DNA of 32,000 nucleotides, from positions 630,001-662,000 of the forward strand of contig NZ_CP027570.1 of the NCBI RefSeq assembly GCF_003010495.1. The letters are read 5' to 3'. The stretch comes from Megasphaera elsdenii DSM 20460. Lineage in GTDB: Bacteria; Bacillota; Negativicutes; Veillonellales; Megasphaeraceae. Positions 23,626 to 31,722 of this stretch are shown here, piece after piece. Under the pieces are notes generated by a model. It did no database searches and was not told the DNA's origin. It saw only the letters and a program-made list of their open reading frames with translations. Positions within the stretch are counted from its first letter, which is position 1; each line of letters starts with the position of its first letter. Position numbers and translations under genes: made by a program.

Positions 23626-25074
23626 TTATTTTTCTGCGCCTTCCTTTTCAGCATTCAGTTCTTTTAAAGCTGCAACATTGAAAATCGGGTCAGATTTCGT
23701 ATTGTACAGAGACATTTTACGTTTAAAGAAGTTTTTACCAAATACGAGCAGGCAAAGGACAATGCCAACACCCAGAGCCATAGCAGCCCCACGAGATACG
23801 AGGACGCCACCAATAACACCGGCAACGCCGAGGTCATTAAAAGTCTTGGAACGGAGTACACCGACACGAACGGCAACATAGCCTTGAATCAACATGGTCA
23901 ATGCCAAAGCAATCGGCAGAACCGGCTTAACAAAGCTTACGATAGGAGATAACCAATAGCCAGTGAATGTACCTAAACGGAAAGATGCAACGCCGCCAAT
24001 CAGGCTATCCATCGCTTCACGACCATGTTTATAACGTTCACAAATAACGACCTGCATAGCTGCCCATAACGGACCGCACATGGAAAGGTCAGGGCCTAAC
24101 AAGGACATAACCATATTACGGACACCAACAATAACGTTATTTCTGTTAGCATCGAAATGGATATTTTCATCACCATGACGGAATTCACGAGCTTCATCGA
24201 TCAAGGCGTCGGCCTGAATCAATTCACCAAAGAGTACAACGTAAGTTGCAATGACCAACGGAGCAGCTTGGATATAATAAGTCATACCTGGGAAGCCAAT
24301 GCGTTCAGCAAAAGGACTCCACTGGGTAAAGACTTCAATGAAGTGGGGATGAGTAAAGCCCATTTCAATAGTCGGCCAAGGCAATTCGCCCACCAACGGA
24401 GCAATAATGACGGCCAGAACCATCGCCGGCAATAACCCCAAGTCAGAAATAACCTGAAAAACTTTATTTTTATTCATGATACTCTTGAAATGGTTACTAA
24501 AAGAGCAATAAAAAGCAAAGCCTACAGCAATAGCGATGGTAAATGGATATTTATCAAAGTTACCGCCCGTATTGAATACCAGGCGTACAGCAGCAATACC
24601 GGCGCCGATAAGAATCCCGGATTTCAAAGCATCAGGAACTAAATCGACAACGCGTTTAGCAAGACCCGTAGCACCTAATAAGAACGTGAGTAACCCGAGT
24701 TCAAATTCAAAAGCGATAAGTGCATGCATACGTTCTGCTGTATCATTAGGAAATTCTCCCAACCACAGCAATAACAGCGGAATAGCCGGAGTGATCCAGC
24801 CAGGGACAACAGGGTCCCCTAAGTGAGCATGCCAAGTATATAAGAACCCGTTCATGATAACAATAGTAATAGCGATTTCAAAAGGCATCCCTAAATATTC
24901 TTGCAATACTGGGATGATGCCGAGACAAACGGCACATAACAGCAGCCCTTGAACATAATCAGGCCATTCAAAGCGATAATGAATGAAAGGTAAACGCAGG
25001 ACTAAGTTAAATACGTGTAAATTAATCCCCGGTTGTATTTCGCCTTCTTTTCGTTTATAAACAGGACCAAACAT
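23626..25074 (-). CDS. polytopic membrane permease (family unresolved; possibly NCS2/SulP-like)
   Basis: 482 aa with at least 10 hydrophobic helices and a hydrophilic C-terminal tail. The RBS is AGAGGGG. The substrate is unknown; its neighbours suggest a 4-hydroxybutyrate- or GABA-related solute. Confidence 0.7.
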   Translation of the reverse strand: MFGPVYKRKEGEIQPGINLHVFNLVLRLPFIHYRFEWPDYVQGLLLCAVCLGIIPVLQEYLGMPFEIAITIVIMNGFLYTWHAHLGDPVVPGWITPAIPLLLLWLGEFPNDTAERMHALIAFEFELGLLTFLLGATGLAKRVVDLVPDALKSGILIGAGIAAVRLVFNTGGNFDKYPFTIAIAVGFAFYCSFSNHFKSIMNKNKVFQVISDLGLLPAMVLAVIIAPLVGELPWPTIEMGFTHPHFIEVFTQWSPFAERIGFPGMTYYIQAAPLVIATYVVLFGELIQADALIDEAREFRHGDENIHFDANRNNVIVGVRNMVMSLLGPDLSMCGPLWAAMQVVICERYKHGREAMDSLIGGVASFRLGTFTGYWLSPIVSFVKPVLPIALALTMLIQGYVAVRVGVLRSKTFNDLGVAGVIGGVLVSRGAAMALGVGIVLCLLVFGKNFFKRKMSLYNTKSDPIFNVAALKELNAEKEGAEK

Positions 25075-25132
25075 ATTTTGTCCCCTCTTTCTTTATGAAT
25101 TTAAAAATCAACAGAAAATTTAGATAAAAATA

Positions 25133-25192
25133 GCGCCATGGCCAAGCTATTCGATATGTAATTATCTACGAATAGAACAGCCGCCATGGCGC
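25133..25192 (-). terminator. long intercistronic hairpin after abfT (terminator-like or stabiliser)
   Basis: GCGCCATGGC (25133..25142) pairs with GCCATGGCGC (25183..25192), and the inner arms CTATTCG/CGAATAG also pair. On the minus strand it is followed by TATTTTTAT. Confidence 0.45.
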
Positions 25193-25215
25193 ATGCGTAT
25201 TAAAAACCGCTATTT

Positions 25216-26520
25216 TTATCCTTCAAACTTACAATGGAAGCGTTTTTCAAATTCTGCAATCAATCCTTCTCTAAAATCAGGATGGGCAATCTTAATGAGA
25301 GCAATAGCACGCTGCCGCAAAGTACGTCCTTTAAGAGGAGCGATACCAAATTCCGTAATAATATAGTCTACATCATTGCGGGAGGTCGTAACAGCAGCCC
25401 CTTCATCTAAGAGCGGCACAATCTTAGAAATCTTACCATGACCAGCAGTCGAAGGCATAGCAATAATGGCTTTACCACCCTTTGCACGAGATGCACCACG
25501 AACGAAGTCAACCTGACCGCCGACGCCGCTGAATTGTTTATAGCCAATCATTTCGGCATTGACCTGTCCCATCAAATCGACTTGCATAGCCGAGTTGATA
25601 GAGATGATATTGTCAATTTTAGCTACGACAAAGGGATCATTAGTGTAATCGACACGTTCCATTAATACATCGGGATTGTTATTTACAAAATCATACAGTT
25701 TCTTTGTCCCCATAAGGAAGCAAGAGACAAATTTCCCCTGGTCAATCGTCTTTTTCTTGTTCGTGATAACGCCTTTACGAGCCAAGTCGACAACGCCATC
25801 AGAGAACATTTCGGAATGAATCCCTAAATCCTTTTTATCTCCGAGGAAGGACAAGACAGCATCCGGAATAGCACCGATACCAAGCTGCAGCGTATCACCA
25901 TCATGAATCAGTGATGCTACATATTCCCCAATTTTATGTTCCGTTTCCCCAATTTTAGGCGGTTGCAATTCAATAAGGGGTTCATCTTTTTCGACGATAT
26001 AATCGATATCTTTTAAATTAATGCCATTCCCATAGGTATAGGGCATATTTTTGTTAATCTGTGCAATAACCAGCTTGGCAGCTTCTGCAGCCGGCTGTGT
26101 ATAGTCAACAGAAACCCCATAAGAGCAAATGCCATTTTCATCGGGTTCACTGAGCTGTAAAAAAGCGACGTCAACAGGTAAGGTACCATCTGTAAAGAGC
26201 TTGGGAATTTCATGGAAGAAGCACGGTGTATAATCTCCACGGCCTTCTTCTACGGCTTTGCGAGTTGAGCCACCTACGAACAGGGCATTATGGCGAAAAT
26301 GTTTTTCCATCCCCGGTTGGCAATAAGGAGCTTTCCCCATAGCAACCATATGAACAATTTCAACATTTTCAAGGCGATCTGCCTGGCGAACTAATTCATC
26401 TGTCAAAGCCTGCGCTTCACCACAAGCATGGGTGAAAACAATACGATTGCCGGATTGGACATGGCTTACAGCTTCTTCAACAGATACAATTTTTTCTGCA
26501 TATTCTTTTCTCCAATCCAT
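25216..26520 (-). CDS. abfT: 4-hydroxybutyrate CoA-transferase (acetyl-CoA hydrolase/transferase family)
   Basis: About 434 aa. MDWRKEYAEKIVSVEEAVSHVQSGNRIV, GEAQ, and GGQVDFVRGA near the C-terminal domain fit the Cat2/AbfT type, and it is adjacent to abfD. I trimmed the start to the ATG at 26520. Confidence 0.82.
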   Translation of the reverse strand: MDWRKEYAEKIVSVEEAVSHVQSGNRIVFTHACGEAQALTDELVRQADRLENVEIVHMVAMGKAPYCQPGMEKHFRHNALFVGGSTRKAVEEGRGDYTPCFFHEIPKLFTDGTLPVDVAFLQLSEPDENGICSYGVSVDYTQPAAEAAKLVIAQINKNMPYTYGNGINLKDIDYIVEKDEPLIELQPPKIGETEHKIGEYVASLIHDGDTLQLGIGAIPDAVLSFLGDKKDLGIHSEMFSDGVVDLARKGVITNKKKTIDQGKFVSCFLMGTKKLYDFVNNNPDVLMERVDYTNDPFVVAKIDNIISINSAMQVDLMGQVNAEMIGYKQFSGVGGQVDFVRGASRAKGGKAIIAMPSTAGHGKISKIVPLLDEGAAVTTSRNDVDYIITEFGIAPLKGRTLRQRAIALIKIAHPDFREGLIAEFEKRFHCKFEG

Positions 26521-26543
26521 TACACACACCTACTTTCGTATAA

Positions 26544-26598
26544 CTGACTGACGGCCTGCAACGGAGGAGGAGCAGCCTAGTTGCAGGCATCAGTCAAA
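26544..26598 (-). other. intercistronic stem-loop between abfD and abfT
   Basis: TGACTGACGGCCTGCAAC pairs with GTTGCAGGCATCAGTCA in an imperfect stem of about 15 bp with a 17-nt loop. No U-run follows on the minus strand, so it is probably not a strong terminator. Confidence 0.4.
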
Positions 26599-26679
26599 AT
26601 CACGTCTATATACTCATACTATATTTACTCTGCTCTATTTCATTACGTGAAGGATAGTGATTCCCAGTGTAATATCAAC

Positions 26680-28131
26680 TTATTCTTCAATGTGTGCAAT
26701 AGCTTTAGCCAAGGCTTTCTTCATACGCAAGTTGCCCTGACGGGAAATCATGATACGCTGTGCCTGCGGCGAACCTGCACCGTGCATGGATTCTGTACGA
26801 TAACCAACAGCTGCCGTGCCGAGGCTGAGGTTTTCGATGAGGCGTAAGATTTTGAGACGATTTTCTGTCGATACATTATTAACGCCGCGGAGGTATTTAT
26901 CAATGTACGGCCCAATCTTCGGATCACGGAGGTCTTTTTCAGACGGTGCTGTAACCATCAAGCCACCAGCAATATCTTCGGCTAAACGGACGATTTCATA
27001 GGGGAAGCGCGTAACATTCTGTTTGCAGACGTTTGCCAGGAGCAAATCGATGAGATAGTTGCCTGATTCCGTTTTCGTACCCAATGCCGAGCAAGCAATA
27101 CCGCAAGCATACAGGGTTTCGTTGAGGTGCTGCATTTCAATGATTTTATCTTTAATATGGGAAGCTTTCGGACAGCCATTATAGTCAGCAGCAACCGCAG
27201 CAGCACCGATAAGGACGTCACCTACGCCAACTTTGCAGCCGCCATAGGACTGACGATGATAACCCGCGAAGCGTTCAACGAGGACGCCGGCAAATTCATA
27301 TTCTCCATTCAGATAAATATTTTCGTTCGGGATGAAGACATTATCAAAGATAACCAGAGCTTCCGTACCACCAAATTCAGGGTTGCCCGTATCCATCGGA
27401 GCGCCTTCCATTTTACGAGTATCGCAAGACTGACGGCCAACAATCATGAAAATACCTTCAGCATCTGTCGAGCAGGAGAAGCAGACTGCGTAGTCTTTGT
27501 CATCTTCGCCCATAGAGATGGTCGGCATGACGATGACTTCATGAGAGTTAATGAAACCAGTTTGGTGAGCTTTTGCCCCACGGACTACGATGCCGTCCGG
27601 ACGACGTTCTACAACATGGAGATAGAGGTCCGGATCTGCCTGTGCATGCGGAGCCAAACCACGGTCACCTTTCGGGTCTGTCATAGCGCCGTCAACGGTA
27701 AGGTCTTCCATCTGTACCCGTTTGAGGAATTTCATGAAGTTTTCATGGTATTTCGTGCCATATTTTTTATCCGTATCATACGTCGTGGAGAATACCGCAT
27801 TAAAAGCATCCATGCCAACGCAACGCTGGAAGCAGGAAGCCGTTTTCTGACCACACAGACGCTGCATTTTTACTTTATTCATCAAGTCCGTCGTGCTCTG
27901 ATGAATATGGGTGAAGCGGTTAACACGTTCGCCAGTGTACGGAGAGATTGCTGTCATCAGGTCCTGATATTCAGGCTGCTGAGCCAGATCATACGTCATG
28001 CGGACGGAGTTCATGGACGGACGGAGAATCGGATCATCTGCCGGACACGGAACTTTTTTACCAAACATGTAGACTTGTAAATTTTTCTTTCTCATGCTTT
28101 CGATGTACTGTTCGCCTGTCATTAATGCCAT
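26680..28131 (-). CDS. abfD: 4-hydroxybutyryl-CoA dehydratase / vinylacetyl-CoA delta-isomerase
   Basis: 483 aa. MALMTGEQYIESMRKKNLQVYMFGKKV... parallels the N-terminus of Clostridium aminobutyricum AbfD as I recall it. The size and the abfT neighbour both fit. Confidence 0.88.
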   Translation of the reverse strand: MALMTGEQYIESMRKKNLQVYMFGKKVPCPADDPILRPSMNSVRMTYDLAQQPEYQDLMTAISPYTGERVNRFTHIHQSTTDLMNKVKMQRLCGQKTASCFQRCVGMDAFNAVFSTTYDTDKKYGTKYHENFMKFLKRVQMEDLTVDGAMTDPKGDRGLAPHAQADPDLYLHVVERRPDGIVVRGAKAHQTGFINSHEVIVMPTISMGEDDKDYAVCFSCSTDAEGIFMIVGRQSCDTRKMEGAPMDTGNPEFGGTEALVIFDNVFIPNENIYLNGEYEFAGVLVERFAGYHRQSYGGCKVGVGDVLIGAAAVAADYNGCPKASHIKDKIIEMQHLNETLYACGIACSALGTKTESGNYLIDLLLANVCKQNVTRFPYEIVRLAEDIAGGLMVTAPSEKDLRDPKIGPYIDKYLRGVNNVSTENRLKILRLIENLSLGTAAVGYRTESMHGAGSPQAQRIMISRQGNLRMKKALAKAIAHIEE

Positions 28132-28211
28132 AATGAATCATCCTTTCTTCTTATCATATAATAAAGTTTTGACAGTAGGTTCACACGTTAGTGTGTTTTG
28201 CCTATAGTAAG

Positions 28212-28227
28212 AGCAAAAATCATGCCA
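28212..28227 (-). promoter_or_regulatory. candidate sigma-54 (-24/-12) promoter of the abfD operon
   Basis: Minus strand reads CTTGGCATG-ATTT-TTGCT-C, with TGGCAT at 28227..28222 and TTGCT at 28216..28212. Compared with the consensus TGGCACG-N4-TTGCW it has one mismatch. The predicted start is about 70 nt before ATG 28131. Confidence 0.5.
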
Positions 28228-28409
28228 AGTAGTGCCTTTAATATTTTTATTTTAATTTCTTCCGTGAAAAGCATAGCAACTATCCCATCTTTGAAACTTA
28301 AAAAAATTTTCTCCCTTATTTTGTGCTATATTTCACGTTATTTTTGTTATGTTTATAACGTTTTCCCGTTCCATTTTTGGCTCAAATATTTTGGTTTTTC
28401 GTTCCATAT

Positions 28410-28435
28410 ATGAAACAAATTACCATTTGTTTCAT
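28410..28435. promoter_or_regulatory. perfect 10-bp inverted repeat (candidate activator/operator site)
   Basis: ATGAAACAAA (28410..28419), TTACCA, TTTGTTTCAT (28426..28435). It lies about 185 bp upstream of the minus-strand -24 box and about 220 bp upstream of the plus-strand one. Confidence 0.4.
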
Positions 28436-28656
28436 TTTTAAAACAGTATACATCCTTATATTCGGGGATATTTTCTTTATTCCATCTCGTTTCTTGATAA
28501 AAAATATTCGTAAATCAATATATTTAAAAATATTATTTCATTTATCCTTTTACCCCAACTCTTTATATTTAAAACGTTTATGTAGCACTTTCGTCTTTCA
28601 TCACAGTTTAATTTGTGAATAACAGAACAAATAAATTCAGGCATTTCTTCCAATTT

Positions 28657-28672
28657 TGGCACGATAATTTCA
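28657..28672 (+). promoter_or_regulatory. weaker sigma-54-like -24/-12 element before the Nfu-like gene
   Basis: TGGCACG (28657..28663), ATAA, TTTCA (28668..28672). The -24 box is perfect, but the -12 box has TTTC instead of TTGC. It sits 41 nt before ATG 28713. A sigma-70 -10 (TATAAT, 28676..28681) is an alternative reading. Confidence 0.3.
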
Positions 28673-28712
28673 TATATATAATTAACTACTATAAGTAAGG
28701 ATGTGAATTACC

Positions 28713-29012
28713 ATGACTCTATCAATTCGAGAACAAATCGAAAAAGTCTTAGAAAAAGATGTCCGCCCTTCGCTTGCAGAACATCAAGGCGACGTCGTCA
28801 TTGTCGATTATGCTGATCACATTTTACGAATCCGTTTAACCGGTCAATGCAGCGGCTGTCCTTCAGCACAGCTGACGACAGAAGAATTAATCAGTGCAAA
28901 AGTCCGCGAAGCCATCGAAGACGTCCATGATGTCATTCTCGTCAGTGGCGTCAGCGATACACTGATTGCACAGGCTAAAGCCATTTTAAGAGAACGCCAT
29001 ACACAGAGGTGA
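28713..29012 (+). CDS. NifU C-terminal-domain (Nfu-like) Fe-S scaffold/carrier protein
   Basis: 99 aa. VRPSLAEHQGDV...RLTGQCSGCPSAQLT is the Nfu/NifU_C CxxC motif. Confidence 0.8.
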   Translation: MTLSIREQIEKVLEKDVRPSLAEHQGDVVIVDYADHILRIRLTGQCSGCPSAQLTTEELISAKVREAIEDVHDVILVSGVSDTLIAQAKAILRERHTQR

Positions 29013-29016
29013 ATCT

Positions 29017-29748
29017 ATGAAAATAGGGATAAAATACTGCGGCGGCTGTAATCCACGCTATGATCGCAGCCATGAAGTAGACAAACTAAAAAAAAGATTC
29101 CCCCAACACACGTTTACCTATGAAATAGAAAATACAGTTTGCGACATCTGCCTCCTCGTCTGTGGCTGCATGACGGCCTGTGCCGAGGAAACAGGGCTTG
29201 CCGCTCGAAAATTCAAAAAACTTTGTACACCACAACAATTTGCGGCTTTCGCCAAAGAATTAAAAGACGCACCTCAAGAAATGCCTGATACGAAGAAGTC
29301 TATTTACTTGGGAGCTGTTGCTACCATGGAAAAGACTTTCACAGAAGAAGATATCCAACAATTTGCAAAGCTAACCGGTGATTATGGAAAACTACATACA
29401 GATGCCGCATTTGCTGCAAAATATGGATTTGGTCGTCCTGTCGTCCACGGCATTTTGACAGGAAGTTTACTATCTTCGATTATGGGCACCACTTTGCCAG
29501 GAGCCGGAACCATTTTAATGGATGAACAATTGACATTTACAGCCCCGGTTTATGCAGGTGACACCATCACAGCTTCTATAAAACTAGTCCATGTCGAAGA
29601 AAAAAAACGCTGGTACATCGGAAAATTCACAGGCACCTGCAAAAAGTCAGATGGAACAGTAGCTGTAGAAGGTACGATTCACCAATTAATGATGAAGACC
29701 TTATTCACATACTGTAGAAACATTCAAAATAATCAATCATTAGAATAG
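29017..29748 (+). CDS. fusion protein: Cys-rich CGGC-like N-terminal module plus MaoC-like (R)-hydratase/dehydratase hotdog domain
   Basis: The first 56 residues hold 8 Cys (KYCGGCNPRYDR...VCDICLLVCGCMTAC). The C-terminal part has FAKLTGDYGKLHTDAAFAAKYGFGRPVVHGIL, the typical MaoC signature. Confidence 0.72.
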   Translation: MKIGIKYCGGCNPRYDRSHEVDKLKKRFPQHTFTYEIENTVCDICLLVCGCMTACAEETGLAARKFKKLCTPQQFAAFAKELKDAPQEMPDTKKSIYLGAVATMEKTFTEEDIQQFAKLTGDYGKLHTDAAFAAKYGFGRPVVHGILTGSLLSSIMGTTLPGAGTILMDEQLTFTAPVYAGDTITASIKLVHVEEKKRWYIGKFTGTCKKSDGTVAVEGTIHQLMMKTLFTYCRNIQNNQSLE

Positions 29749-29758
29749 GAGTATTATC

Positions 29759-29995
29759 ATGACAAATTTAGAAAAATACGACAACCTTTTTATGAACAGC
29801 TTCAAATTGAAAAAAGAAGATCTTCCCGGTTTAAAATATCGCAGCATAAAGTTGTGGGATTCAATGGGCCATATGAATTTGATGGAAGAAATGGAAGATA
29901 CTTTCGATATCTCTATTGATACCCCTGATGTCTTAGCATTCAGCTCTTATGAAAAAGGAATGGATATTTTGCGGAAATACGGAGTTGATATCTAA
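29759..29995 (+). CDS. acyl/peptidyl carrier protein-like (phosphopantetheine attachment)
   Basis: 78 aa. LWDSMGHMNLMEEMEDTF fits the D-S-(L/M) attachment motif and the helix II context. The RBS is AGGAG. Confidence 0.68.
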   Translation: MTNLEKYDNLFMNSFKLKKEDLPGLKYRSIKLWDSMGHMNLMEEMEDTFDISIDTPDVLAFSSYEKGMDILRKYGVDI

Positions 29996-29996
29996 T

Positions 29997-30665
29997 ATGC
30001 CTGTGGATATACACCTTCACTGCATCACAGATCCACTGACCCATAGTAATTGTTACATTCTCTCAGAAAAATCCCGCACACTTATCATTGATCCAAACTG
30101 TTACCAAGAAATCCATTCCTATCTTACGACTCATCAACTTGTTCCCGAGTATATCATTTTGACGCATGAGCACTGCGATCACATCGCAGCGCTCAATGAT
30201 ATGCGTAAGTATTATAGCTTAAAAGTACTTTGTAGTGCGGCATGCAGTCAAGGGATTCAAAGCACGACACTAAATATGACCCGTATCATGGAGACCTATT
30301 TATACTTTAAGAGCCAAGGGGAGCTCCAGGTCTCCTATCCCCCTTTTACTTGCCAAGCTGCCGATATCATTTTTGACAATACTTACTTAGCTACTTGGCA
30401 AAACCATACTATCTTTTGTATTACAGCACCCGGCCATACTCCAGGCAGCACCTGCATCATCATAGATGAAAAGATGTTATTTTCTGGCGACTACTTTATT
30501 CCTGGCGAAGAAGTCATCACCCGTCTTCCTGGTGGAGACGAAGAAACTTATGAGCAACAAGGAAAAGCCACTTTGCGTTGTCTGCCAACACCGATATTAA
30601 CTTATCCGGGCCATGGTGAACCATTTATATTGACACAGGAGGTGAAAAAAAAATATGGACTATAG
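29997..30665 (+). CDS. MBL-fold metallo-hydrolase
   Basis: Has the THEHCDH (HxHxDH) motif, a later PGHTPGS and a terminal GHG. I set the start at ATG 29997 (MPVDIHL), immediately after the carrier-protein stop. Confidence 0.78.
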   Translation: MPVDIHLHCITDPLTHSNCYILSEKSRTLIIDPNCYQEIHSYLTTHQLVPEYIILTHEHCDHIAALNDMRKYYSLKVLCSAACSQGIQSTTLNMTRIMETYLYFKSQGELQVSYPPFTCQAADIIFDNTYLATWQNHTIFCITAPGHTPGSTCIIIDEKMLFSGDYFIPGEEVITRLPGGDEETYEQQGKATLRCLPTPILTYPGHGEPFILTQEVKKKYGL

Positions 30666-31722
30666 TAATTGGTTGATGCAACCGCCTTACCATTGGACAC
30701 AGGACGAAAAAGAAGCCCATTACGTGCCTCTCTTATTCGAATTGACTTCTCACCACTGTCATTGCTGTCAACCTTATGGTCAAGCGATACAAACGCTGTA
30801 TGAGAAAAATAAAAGATATGACTCTTCCAACCAAATCCCAATGCTTCCTATTTCTTTATTTAAAACAGAAGAACTAAAAAGCATCCCTGATTCCGAAATT
30901 TTTAAAGTAATCACTTCGTCGGGAACATCGGGAGTGGCATCTCATTTATACCTCGACGCCTTTAACGCACAAAATCAACAATTGGCCTTATATAACATCG
31001 TGAAAGACTTTATTGGCTCCTCGCGACTCCCCATGTTGATTGTCGATACGCCGGATATATTAAAAAATCGAGACGCCTTTAATGCCCGCGGGGCAGCGGT
31101 CTTGGGCTTTTCCATCTTTGCTAAACGAAAATATTACGCATTAAAACCAGATCTATCCGTTGATTTGGAAAGCATCCGCACATTCATTCAGACATATCGT
31201 AATCAACCGGTCTTAATCTTTGGCTTTACTTTTATGATTTGGCAGTATCTTTGTGAAGCGCTGGCAAACTATCCAGGTTTAATTGATTTATCCAATGCAA
31301 TTTTAATCCACGGCGGAGGCTGGAAAAAAATGCAGGACCGCGCGGTTTCACCTCACGAGTATAAGAAACGGCTATATGAACAGTTCCAGATCCATAAAGT
31401 CCACAATTATTATGGCATGGCTGAACAAACAGGATGTATTTATATGGAATGTGAACAAGGCCATCTTCATGCCAGCATATTCTCCGATATTATCATTCGC
31501 AATCCAGAAAACTTTTCAGTCTGTCCCGTAGGAGAAACGGGCATTGTCCAAGTATTGACTCCACTGGCCACGTCCTATCCGGGTCATTCTATCCTGACAG
31601 AAGATATGGGCACCCTGTTAGGAATCGATGACTGCCCTTGTGGCCGTTTAGGAAAATATTTCCGCATTGATGGCCGCATGGCAAAAGCCGAAATAAGGGG
31701 GTGTAGTGATGCGCACAACTAA
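30655..31722 (+). CDS. LuxE-like acyl-protein synthetase (adenylate-forming)
   Basis: 355 aa. The N-terminus is followed by SSGTSG, and the length fits the LuxE/PaaK-like fold. The RBS is GGAGGTGA. It overlaps the MBL gene by 11 nt. Confidence 0.7.
   Translation: MDYSNWLMQPPYHWTQDEKEAHYVPLLFELTSHHCHCCQPYGQAIQTLYEKNKRYDSSNQIPMLPISLFKTEELKSIPDSEIFKVITSSGTSGVASHLYLDAFNAQNQQLALYNIVKDFIGSSRLPMLIVDTPDILKNRDAFNARGAAVLGFSIFAKRKYYALKPDLSVDLESIRTFIQTYRNQPVLIFGFTFMIWQYLCEALANYPGLIDLSNAILIHGGGWKKMQDRAVSPHEYKKRLYEQFQIHKVHNYYGMAEQTGCIYMECEQGHLHASIFSDIIIRNPENFSVCPVGETGIVQVLTPLATSYPGHSILTEDMGTLLGIDDCPCGRLGKYFRIDGRMAKAEIRGCSDAHN

Noticed and set aside
28198-28662. Three ORFs of 61-81 aa in the abfD/Nfu-like spacer (28198..28413 +, 28377..28622 +, 28477..28662 -).
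   Set aside because: The DNA is extremely AT-rich. The translations are Phe/Ile/Lys/Leu low-complexity sequence, there are no RBSs, and the ORFs overlap one another. The region is better explained as a divergent regulatory spacer.
29949-29996. The track's longer start for the MBL hydrolase (29949), which overlaps the carrier-protein gene by 47 nt. Similar long starts appear for folP (1682), the dioxygenase (2115), YhaO (7633), hexokinase (10395) and abfT (26529).
   Set aside because: In each case an internal ATG has a properly spaced Shine-Dalgarno sequence or a TAATG-type coupling, and it gives an N-terminus typical of the family. The upstream extensions add non-conserved residues.
30602-30841. 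79-aa minus-strand ORF spanning the MBL/LuxE junction, and 61-65-aa minus ORFs at 31589..31845.
   Set aside because: They are antisense to well-supported overlapping plus-strand genes, and they have no RBS or recognisable motif.
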